From Thalia democratica (Eukaryota): a DNA stretch of 64,000 nucleotides. Every line of letters starts with the position of its first letter. The stretch's first letter is position 1. The translations under genes and the position numbers were made by a program. The notes under the pieces were generated by a model. It had not been told where the DNA came from and searched no databases. It saw only the letters and a program-made list of their open reading frames with translations. The DNA is taken from contig OZ241826.1 in the NCBI GenBank assembly GCA_965202585.1, forward strand, positions 104,036,001 through 104,100,000. Reading direction: 5' to 3'. This document shows positions 42,001 to 54,000 of the stretch, piece by piece.

Positions 42001-45000
42001 TTGGTGCTCAATTTTGTCAACCATTCTCTTAAATAGTACATCATACTATTAGAAACATCAGTGGTGTCTTCCAACTTGATACCGATTATCACATCAGTTG
42101 GCTGAATCATGCGGCAATCTGAAATTTATGTGTAAAATATTTAATATATTTCATGACGCTTTTAGCTTTTTTTTTGTGGTTTAATAAAACAAAAATTATT
42201 TAAGACATTGGTTGATATATTGCGAAAAGTAATTGATTATTTTTTTTATGAGCCAAATGAACCAAAATATCAAATGTTATACTTACAATCAGTAGTAAAT
42301 TTGCTGCAAAACAGTTATAAAAAAGTTCTTATTTTGAAGTTTTAAATAAAACAACAAAAATTAAAAGTTAAAAATAAATTTCTTAACTTCATTTCATTAG
42401 TAGTAGTAATAAACACGGTTATTAAGTAACTATTATAAGCACTTGTACTAAAACTTCTATTAAAAATAAAATGAATAGTTTTATATACTAGTAAAACGAA
42501 ATCATATTTTGAATATTTTTGTAAATATTTGTAAAAATATTTTAATACTCACAATCGGGAGCTAGTGGAGCGCACAATGACGTAGTGATGACGTCAACTA
42601 CGTCATCAAGTTCACTCATCTCGTCAACAAAGAACTTGAGTTGGTCCTGTGTGGCGAAGTTACCCAGCGTTTTCTTCACACCTTCGGGATCTCTCACTTG
42701 CACTCCCACACTTAAAATGTGGGCATGACTTCCTTGCATGTACGATTGATCTAGTATTTGTTGCCGGTGGATCATCGCTTCGGAAAGTTTGTGACCATCC
42801 TTGATAATGTATATATATTTATATATTAAATATGCTAATATTCAGTGTTGTACGCTTACTTTTTTTTTGCTTTAAATTGTGATATAAATGTTTAAAACAT
42901 TTGTTGCAATCAAATACAAGCTGTTATTGAAACTAAAATTTTGTTTTTACATGTCTAAAAATTTTATATATGCTTGGAAACTCTCAAGACCTATTACAAA
43001 AGTTAAGATATTTTGTTACTTTACGGTAATACTCATATATTTAAATATTGATAATCCTAAACTTTAAAAGTATTCAACAGATTCGCATATATAACTAAAA
43101 AACATAAACTAACTTTAGCCATTCCATCAGTGATGATGACGATATACAGAGGAACATTCTGCCTTCTACCGCTGTCTTCGCCATTCAAGTAAGTGGTGAC
43201 GAGCTTGCTGAACGCAGTGTACGTGAAAGTGCTACCACCTTTCTGCTCCATGTTGTTGATTGACCTTTCCAAACCACTGACGTCTCGGATGTGATCTTTG
43301 AGCAGAAACTCCACTTTGTAAGTGTTGGTGAATTGTGCAAGTCCGAACTAAAATATGTATGGGAAATTTTGAAAACATTTTAATCATAACTTTGTGCTGC
43401 GTTTTGTAATAAGCACTTTAAGTTTGTTTTGTAGTCTATAACTTACAGCTTTAAAGTTCTAAAGATCTTGAGATGCAGTTAAAACTACAGTTTTTAAATA
43501 CAACAAACCCTAAAGAGATCGTTTTGTACATCCTCTCTCTGAGTAACATCGAGTAAAAAGTTTTTCAGTAAAATAAATTCTTTTGGTGGTATGCTGCTAG
43601 ACGTGTCAACCAAAAAAAGCACGTCTCTTTTGCAACCTTAACAATAAACTTAATAAGCATAATACATAAATAGTGACAACTGTAAAGTTTTTTTTAACAA
43701 CCAAACAAAATGTCTGTCATCAAAACTAAGTAGCGTTTAATGCAAAAAATAGTTAAATTTTTCTGTGGACTTGCTTTTCAACTTTAAAACACTTTTCATT
43801 AAAATTTATTGTGGTATCCCTATACAACTTTACAAAAAACTGTCAAAATTTTAATTAGAACATTTTATATTTTTGACTATATTTAATAAATTTTGATTTA
43901 AATCGCTAAATTTTAGCAGTTTTCAAAAAAAACCAAAAACATTTACCTCCAACAACAGTAGGTCGGGTTTCAGGTTTAACTGTAGACGAGCTTGTAGTTT
44001 CCTTGAACATGGAAGAAACGGTAGTAGTTGCAAACTCAGATGAAGTTGTTTCTGCATATTTCGTAGTGGTTGTTTCAATAAACTTGGATATTGTCGTGTC
44101 AGCAACCTTGGTAGTTGTTTCAATCGGATACTGATCTTGAGGGTAGCAGATCATATCCACGAACTCTTTTATTTCATCTTCAACTCGCACGTCACCACTG
44201 ATGTCAATGGTTGACGACTTGAACACATCATTCACCATAAATTCTACTTCTCTATCAGCATAAACCAGTGTTTGCAGTTTGAGTAAGAAGAAAGTGTACC
44301 CGTATCTCTGAAGTCGTTTGATGTCATTGTAAGATTCTTTGAAGTCTTGCGGAACTTCGGAAAGTACCAAAATTATGTTCTTTTGGTACTCCGTCGACCT
44401 TATGTTGCTTTCAAAGTCGATTTCGGCCATTTCCAGAGATTTTTTAAGAGAAGTTGGTCGAGTTTGCGTGCTCTGAAGTTCGGAGCTCTCTTTAAACAAA
44501 CTAATCTTACTTAGTATCTCGTTTTTATCAGATGAAAGGCCAGTTTGCGACGAAAACGACGAGCTTGTGAAAACGAAACCGAATCTTGATACTGTCACTC
44601 CAAAGTAAAAGTCAGTAATTAGTTCAGAAAGTGCAAAAGAAGCTTTGTCAACAATTTCGTTGTTGTCTGATATTTTGTTGCCTAAAATAACAATATTATC
44701 AAGTGAACTACTACATGCTGGAGCACGGGCTGCGTCTTTCTCTGTTGTCGTGGTTACACCTGGTGTAACTTCTGGTATAACCTTTTCAGTTGTTGTAGTA
44801 ACACCTGGTTCAACCTTTTCAGTTGTTGTAGTAACTCCTGGTTCGACCTTTTCAGTCGTTGTAGTAACACCTGGTTTAATCTTTTCAGTTGTTGTAGTAA
44901 CACCTGGTTCGACCTTTTCAGTCGTTGTAGTAACACCTGGTTCAACCTTTTCAGTTGTTGTGGTAACACCTGGTTCGACCTTTTCAGTTGTTGTAGTAAC

Positions 45001-48000
45001 ACCTGGTTCGACCTTTTCAGTTGTTGTAGTAACACCTGGTTCGACCTTTTCAGTCGTTGTAGTAACACCTGGTTTAATCTTTTCAGTTGTTGTAGTAACA
45101 CCTGGTTCGACCTTTTCAGTCGTTGTAGTAACACCTGGTTCAATCTTTTCAGTCGTTGTAGTAACACCTGGTTCAATCTTTTCAGTTGTTGTAGTAACAC
45201 CTGGTTCGACCTTTTCAGTTGTTGTAGTAACACCTGGTTCGACCTTTTCAGTCGTTGTAGTAACACCTGGTTCGACCTTTTCAGTTGTTGTAGTAACACC
45301 TGGTTCGACCTTTTCAGTTGTTGTAGTAACACCTGGTTCGACCTTTTCAGTCGTTGTAGTAACACCTGGTTCAACCTTTTCAGTTGTTGTGGTAACACCT
45401 GGTTCGACCTTTTCAGTTGTTTTAGTAACACCTGGTTCGACCTTTTCAGTTGTTGTAGTAACACCTGGTACGACCTTTTCAGTTGTTGTGGTAACTCCTG
45501 GTTCAACCTTTTCAGTTGTTGTAGTAACTCCTGGTTCGACCTTTTCAGTTGTTGTGGTAACACCTGGTTCAACCTTTTCAGTTGTCGTTGTAACACCTGG
45601 TTCGACCTTTTCAATTGTTGTAGTAACACCTGGTTCAACCTTTTCAGTTGTTGTAGTAACACCTGGTTCGACCTTTTCAGTTGTTGTGGTAACACCTGGT
45701 TCGACCTTTTCAGTTGTTGTAGTAACACTTGGTTCAACCTTTACAGTTGTTGTAGTAACACCTGGTTCGACCTTTTCAGTTGTTGTAGTAACACCTGGTG
45801 TAGCTTCAGGTTCAGTCTTTTTGGTTGTTGTGGTAACGCCTGGTTCAACCTTTTCAGTTGTTGTAGTAACAACTGGTTCAATCATTTCTGTTGTTGTAGT
45901 AACACCTTGTTCGACCTTTTCAGTTGTTGTAGTAACACCTGGTTCAACCTTTTCAGTTGTTGTAGTAACTCCTGGTTCAACCTTTTCAGTTGTCGTAGTA
46001 ACACCTGGTTCGACTTTTTCAGTTGTTGTAGTAACACCTGGTTTGACCTTTTCAGTTGTTGTAGTAACACCTGGTTCGACCTTTTCAGTTGTTGTAGTAA
46101 CACCTGGTGTAGCTTCAGGTTCAGACTTTACGGTTGTTGTTGTAACACCTGGTTCGACCTTTTCGGTTGTTGTGGTAACTACTGCTTCAGTCTTTTCAGA
46201 TGTAGTTTTACCTGGTACAGGTGCTTTTGTACTAACTATGCCTTCACTTACAGTTGTAGTTGTTTCTGGTTGTACTGTACTTTCAATTGTAGGAGGAACT
46301 TTACTAAATGAAAGACAAACGTCCTTTGCGATATTTGACATCACAGATTGCTGCAATAAAGCATCCGACGACTGTATTGCTGTGTATTTAACATTTTTTC
46401 CAGAATCCCCAAAAGTGACAGATGTTTCTCCAAATTTGTAAATGTTCAAATACATTGGCTTGTCTTTGAGTAAGTCTTTTAGTTTAGTTATTGTAGACAA
46501 AGACACAGTGTTTTTCACCAAAGCTGCAACTGTAATTGCACGTTCCCAGTTGTTGTTGCGTCCGCTTTCATAAATTTCCGCAACTGCACTGAACAAGTCG
46601 GACTCGTCAGAAAAGCCGTACACTGAATTTTCGCGCACCATGTATTCAACAAACTCCTTGTAAGTGTGCTCGATGCTCAGCAGACTCTCAGACGCGTAGT
46701 CGTACCTCACAACGGAAACCCTGAGGTCCCCGTCTTCGAGCGCCTTGTGAGAAATCGACCCGAACAAGCTGTGAGTGGCCTTTTCAAACTGCACGTTGTC
46801 CATTGAGCTAGCGCTCTTGTCCCACATTATATACAAGTCGGACTTGTGGAAGCAGTTTAGTTCTGGTATTTTCGAAATTCTTGGCTGCCTGCAAATCTTG
46901 CTGACTACGTTCTTCACTTTGCTCGGTTTCGACTCCGTTATCCTCTGCACCAGCAAGTTCTTCTCTCCCACCGACTTTGTGAATTCTTCCTGGATAGAAG
47001 GAGAAACGAATATCCGCGGGTCTGCGATCACGGTCACCACGCCTCTGACGTCATTAGTGAAATGACTTATTTGCTTCTGTGCTTCGTCAAGTTCGACCGG
47101 TTCAGTAGCTTGCAGTATGACGACAGCGGCGTGCACGTCATCGCTCGACCTCTGTCCGTCCAGCCGCAACCTCGGACCCACTTCTTTCAGAATGCTGCCG
47201 ACGTCGAAGTAGGTGCTGTTGACGCTGTCGTTGCCGAACTTCACTGCTTCGATGACGTTCAAAGCTTCGAATATGAAATCGTCCAGATTGGTACTGAAAC
47301 CCACGTGCTCATCTAGTAGAAGGTCGTTGTTTGCCACGTGCAGGGATACTTTCGAGCGTTCTTCTGAGATGTCGACGTCTTTCAACAGGTTGTCCAACGA
47401 GAAGAGGACTTCTTCTATTGATCCTGACTGGATGTACATGGAGTCTATCACGACGGCGATGTCCGCTTTCATTGAACACCTGTAAATATGTTTCTGTTTA
47501 GCAATAAATACTGAAATGAAAACTACTTTTTATAGTAAATGATATTTAAAGCAAAACATATACTAAAATGCTTCTTAATTTGTTTACACTATAAAGAAAT
47601 TAACTTTTTTATATTAACTTTTTGTTTTTTTTTTGTAACTGTTTTATAAACTCTTTTACGATAAGCAATAAATAAATCCAATACTGAAAAAAAAACTGGT
47701 TCACATTTAAATAAAAAAAATTTAAATACAGTTAGTAATACTCACCTGTCCAGTGGAAGTTTTGTAGTTTTCGGATGCGTAATAGTTGGATGGGTTGTTA
47801 AAAGAACAAGTATTGTGGTGGTGGGTTCCGATGTTGGTGCAGTTGTAGTTTGGGGGATTTTTGGTGGCGGGAACGGTTCAACGCATTCTTTCTTTTGCGT
47901 GCAAGTAGGATTACCGTTTGAAGAACATGTGCTGAAATGTAATTTTAGTTGAAACGTAAAAAAAGCAATCATAATTTTAATTTTTTTACCACAAACTTTA

Positions 48001-51000
48001 TTTTTTGTATATAAATAAATATTTCTCAGATTCAATTACTCTTGACTTTCTAATGATAAAATTCTACGAAAATGACCTAGTAAACATTTAATTACTTTCC
48101 TTTTTATTACCACCATCTAAAATATTTAACTGAAAAAGTAACTATCATGGTAAACTTATAAGTATCACGTTTAAATACCATATATTGCATTCATCATTCA
48201 GCATTGTAGCGCCAACAGGGTAAAATTCACCGTACATTCTACATCCAGCTTCACAGCTAACAACGCATTGCTGAGTTCTTTCGTCATAAATCAGTCCTGA
48301 AATATTTTGACTAGTTTTCTGTATGTCTTTATGCTAGTACGCAAATAACTCATGTACTAAAATTTCTTGGTAAAATTATAAAACAAAATTAAACAAGTGT
48401 TTTAACTGTATAAATTGTTAGTATGCATGCGTACAAACTCTACTATGTATAGAAAGCTTTATATAAACTCAGTTTATTGATAAAAGAAGAAAAACATTAT
48501 CTAACTTGATTTGAGAAATTTCAAACAATTACCTTGCGGGCATACTGGAAAGCAACCTTCAACACAAGGTAGCGGTAGTGAGCAGTGTGGTGAATTATTC
48601 AGGCAAGTGTGAGGGCAGGGTGAACTGCATTCCTTATAATGCCAAGTACATACTTCTTGCGGCAAGTTCTTGTTGTTGAATTCCTCACACATTAGTGCTG
48701 TTTTATTTGTTTTAGTTTATATCAGTTTATTTAAATACATTTTGTAATTTATTTGTTATGCTAAGTACAATCAACATAAAGTAAGTTCTTGTTGTTGAAC
48801 TCCACACACATTAATGCTGTAATATTTGGTGATGTATTTAGTATATGTTTGTATAAATTTTTACTTAGTTTTAATGCCAAGCGCATTCTTGTGCTAACTT
48901 TTCAGAAACTAGTTGCAGTTCTGCAAATTTAACCTAAGTTAACTGTTAGGTTACATAAATTAAATAGGTATTCTCTTTCCTGTTGCTAATTCAGGTACAA
49001 ACCACTTCGCTTTAGCTTTAATTAATAAACCAATTTGAACTGGTACTGTATTTACAAAAAGCTAGTTATAAAATATATACTAATGTAGGTCAATTTATCT
49101 CAAAAAAGACTACCAAAAACAACCACAAGTATAAAGAAAATACTAATATACGTATATGTATTTCAACGAAGCCTTACTAAATAAACACATCAAATACTAA
49201 CGACAGATGTCAGGGGTCCTCCACCGGACAGGGATACCAACTTCTGAACAGGCAAGCGCAAATGCAGATATTACAGTGCAAAAGCATTCACAATCACCAC
49301 CTTCGTCACAAGTACATGAATCGTATAAACAATTTGAGTAGTATTCGTCTACATTGACCTAGAAAATGAGAAAAAACTAACAATTGTTGGAAAACTTGTC
49401 TTAATTTATCTGAGTAATGGTTACTAAAAATTAATTAGAAATTGTAAGTAGCTTTCTTAATATGATTGATATACTATTTTGCACTGTATCATTGTTGTAT
49501 GTTTATAAATTAAGACAACATTATTTTTTTTAAGTAGCATACAAAGTTAGAGGTTATTACTAAAACATAAAGTGTTTGATCGATAGTTCTTATTGTTTAA
49601 AAGTAAATCGTCTTAAACATTTTCATAAACTTGTACTTTGATTGTTTTTCACAGAGTATACAATTTACAACAGCAATACTAAACTTAATTTGTTATTGTA
49701 CTACATAAATGTATCAACTAACAAAAGGTCTGCAAGCTTCGAACACATCAGAATAAAGAATGCTGCATTTCTGCTCGGCCCACGGAAGTCTGTGTGGTTT
49801 CAATTGGCAAGGTCTTTGTTGGACCTCAGTGAGATCAGCACATTCCGATGATGACTAGAACGTTTGAATTTAATAAATACTAATATTAAGTCTTAAATTA
49901 AAACGGTAGATAATACATAACAAAGAAATAATTATTAAGAACTTTTGGCGGCATCTATTAATAAAAGTCTTCTGAAGTACAGTAGCTTTATGACGTCGAT
50001 AAAAATATTAGAAAAAGCTTTCATGTTTTTTGTTTTAAAATCTCTACCATTTTATTTAATAACTTTATCAATTGAGCTTACACAAGTTCCCAGTTTACTT
50101 AAAATAATGATTCATCATATATTTTTATTTCCTTCTATCAAGTATAATTTAATGATATAAAACCTTCCAGCTGTTACCAAATTCTACAGATGATACAGAC
50201 ATCAATTTGTTGCTTGACATTTGATCATTGTTCTGGTTCCCATCAAAATTACCGCATAAACCACATGTTTCACCCTGTGAATTAGTATAAGAGTTATTTG
50301 TATAAATAATAATTGTTTTATGTATTTTTATCATACTGTATGCGACACAAGTTAAAACATTAGCTTGTTGTACTTAAAGCAATTAAATATAATACAGATA
50401 TCATGATACGTAAAAGTAGTTTGAACAGTCGTATAATGTAGATTTTTTTTCTTTTTAGTTTGTAGCATTATAGCTTTATCCGCACACAATTTTATGTATT
50501 TGTTTCTATACGTAAAGTCAACGTTTAAAAATTTTGAAAATTCTCAATACTTTAAATAACTTTCTTGAAGATAAGATAGCTTAAGATTTCTTGTTATTGA
50601 CATACCTGTCAATATGTTCTAATCAAAGTTTAATCAAGTTTGATTTAGGCTCATTAGAATTCTAGAAAAATTTTCTTAGTTTTTAGCTTAATTATTTTTT
50701 TTAAGTTTTAAGAAATATAATATCGAACCTTGTAAGAAGGATCAAGTTTCAGTATGATTGAAGTTTTCCGATCCCACATCACAGTAATACCGATATCAAC
50801 ACTCACAACAACGTATATTCCAACAGAGTGGAAATCCCACGTTGCTTTCGTTTGATTGGATAAATCACCAAGTTGCTTGTACGTCACTAGTTCGCTGTCG
50901 GCTGTTGTGGCGTTTGTTTTAACATATTTGCTACATAACGTTTCTACTGTTAAACTATAATGCATTTAAAATACACAAAAGACACTCGTTATTCTTAGCA

Positions 51001-54000
51001 AAGTTTTTTTTTTCTTTTTTATAATTAATAAAAATTTATTTAGGCTCGTTTTACAATAGCTTATTGTTTACGACATCTTAAAAATGCAGTAGTATTCCAA
51101 CAACCACAATTAACGTTTGTTAAGTTTTTTGCTTACAAAGTTTGTTTTTAAATTTCATTAAATAAAACTTAAAAGCAATTAATTTGAAACTTGTACATAA
51201 TTTTACTTCAACAAATATAATGAGTTCAAACAAACTTGAAGCAAGACCACCGTGATGCAATCTTATTTCAAACTGATCTTTTATGTTCATTGTGACGCTC
51301 CTACTGCAAATTTGATCCTCATTTTCACAATACTTGTTCTCAACATTTATTATAAAGCTACCAGCTGGCTTTCCGAAACAATGGTCCTATTAATATAATT
51401 AAAGTTGTTTTTATTTTGGTAGAAAGAAATTTAACAGCGTTTCAAATGCGTAAGTGTAAATCATTTAAAACGATAAACATATTCTATCTCATCATTTTAT
51501 AGGCTTTTATAGCTTAACTAAAGTTTACAAACCATTTTCATAAAAAGGCACAACAAATAACACTTAAAAGATTGACAAAAAAAAATTAAATAAAATTTTA
51601 AAGCAATGCTATAATATCATACAGAGTACACACCTGTGCAAGCACATAGCTGCAGGGGCCATTGAAATCATATGAAAGTCCGTCAAAAGTGGTGTAATGA
51701 GCTTCACCGTATGACAAACAAGTTCCTACGCAAGCTTCTTCGTTCTTTGTACAACTCCATTCGTGGTTTACACAGGTACTGTTGTTAAATTAGTAACAAT
51801 TTAACAAAAGAGAATCTATAAAAAAATTGTTATAAAAATGTTAAAAGCTTTTTCCCGAAGTTAACTGTGTCGAATACCAAAACTACTTATTACACAACTT
51901 ATTTTTACTAAAATTGTAGTGTTTTAAAATAACTTTAGACAAAGTAACGTACTTCAAAAGATAAAAAATTACAACTTAAATTACAAATTAAAAAACAAAT
52001 AACCAACAAACCATGTTTGGCAGTCTTTTTTGAAAGTGTACCCGTCTTCATATGACCTACCACCGTGGAAGCAGGGACAACTTGTTAATTCAATACAGGT
52101 CATCGTGTCCTCGTTCAATACTTGGCCGTCAGGACAACCGCATCCCGGTTCGCACATTTCTGTTATAAAAGTTGTTTAATTATATGTAAAAACGAGTTCA
52201 ATATACATTACAAGATTCAAAAACTTCTATGATTTGATTAAAATTGAATTATATACAAATAGAATTTGTTTGTATTGAGCTTAATATAGAGTGTTTTTTT
52301 ATTTAGTTTTATTTACTAAGATTATAAAAAAGCCTTTTTTCCTTAAGATTTAAATATTTTTTAGTTTATATGGAATGATTTATAATCAAAATTGCTTATT
52401 CAGATAACGAATTTAAAATTGCATTATTTTACGTACTAGCATAGCAGTCATGATTAGGGTTCTGACAAGTTGCTCTGCAAGCGATACCTACTCCACTATT
52501 ATATATATATATATATATGTTTATTTATTTTTTACAAGTTAAAACATACTGGCATAACAGTCATGATTAGGGTTCTGACAAGTAGCTCTGCAAGCGATAC
52601 CTACTCCACCATCGTTACATGATTTGTAAACTTCTCCCGGCATACACATTGCTGATCCTTTATTAAATATTATATAAATTATGTTTTTAATTATATTGCT
52701 TTACAATTAACACATTCAACTTTATATTTTTACAATAAATTTAAAGTTTGTTACTTAATTTTGTAAAATCTTATGTAGTTTTTTAGTTTTACCTTTATCT
52801 AAAGCAAATTGAAAATGTATTATACGATAAGAATTATATTCTTTCTATAAAAATTCACATACTTATTTTAAGTTTAGTGTGATAATGTTCCAAATCGTCC
52901 TTCATATCAATACAAGCCATGTTTCCGTCTATGCAGTGACTGTTAAAATATTTGATTTTAATTTATTTTTTAAACAAAATAACTTGTCCGGATTCAAGTA
53001 GTTAACTACATTTTTTATTAACACGTATGGTAAAGTTAACAAAAAAATATAATTTCTTATTTGAGCCAAACAACGTACCAAGCGGTGAATTCTCGGTGAA
53101 TCCCCTCAAGAGGGTTGTACCACTGTCCGTGGTACCTGCAGTGACAGTCCTGCTTCTCAACGCATCTTCCATCTACGTCCATGTACGTACCTGCAGGGCA
53201 GTTGCACCCCTCTACACACTGTTCAGTGCAGTGTAGTGAGGTTTCTGATATCGACCTGCACGTAGATTGGCAGCTTGATCCGCATTGCTGGTATACTTGG
53301 TTGTGTGGGCATTCCTGGTCTGTTGGGTGGAAAAAATAGTTTTGTACCACATAAATAAATGATTTTTAAGTTAAATACTGCTGGTTTTTTGCACTGCTAG
53401 TACACTTTGTTTTGAGAAAAGTTTTAGATAGAAAGTTATAGGTTTTTTATTTTTGTCAACTATTTGCTAGTATGGGCATGGTAATGTTTGTAGCAGAAGA
53501 GGTTGTAAGGTTCTTTTATACAACTAGTTTACCAGTAATTAAAAAAAGATATAAATATGGTGTGTAGAAGTTATAAAGAAAAAAAAGGTTGTTCGTTAAA
53601 ATACATTGTATTTAACAACATTATTATTATAAATCTGATACAAAACTTAATAAATAATGAAAACTTTAAAAGCTAGATGTCAAGCTTCTATAATTTAAAT
53701 TACTTATTTTGTGACACTAATTAAACAAACTAACAGCAGAAATCGTCTTTTCTCCACTCCACAATATGTCCATTGTGACGACACACTCGCGCGTAATGAC
53801 TGACGTAATCGCACACGCATGACGTCATCTCGTCGCCACACTGGCAAGCTTGGAACATGCAACGCTGATGGTGGGGTTCCGGATCAACGTCGACGTGGCA
53901 TGACGCGAACATCCGAGACATTATGACGTCACACTGCTGTCGAGCGAACGTGGCTATGTGGGGATTAGTAGTTTAGTATAAAAAATATTAATGTTAAGTT

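Noticed and set aside
18483-46441. Long plus-strand ORFs (VVVVTPGSTFS)n and minus-strand Gln/Leu-rich ORFs (LLQQLKRLNQV)n
   Set aside because: They are the antisense and shifted frames of the 33-bp repeat, which has no stop in those frames. Only the Thr-rich frame joins in phase with neighbouring exons.
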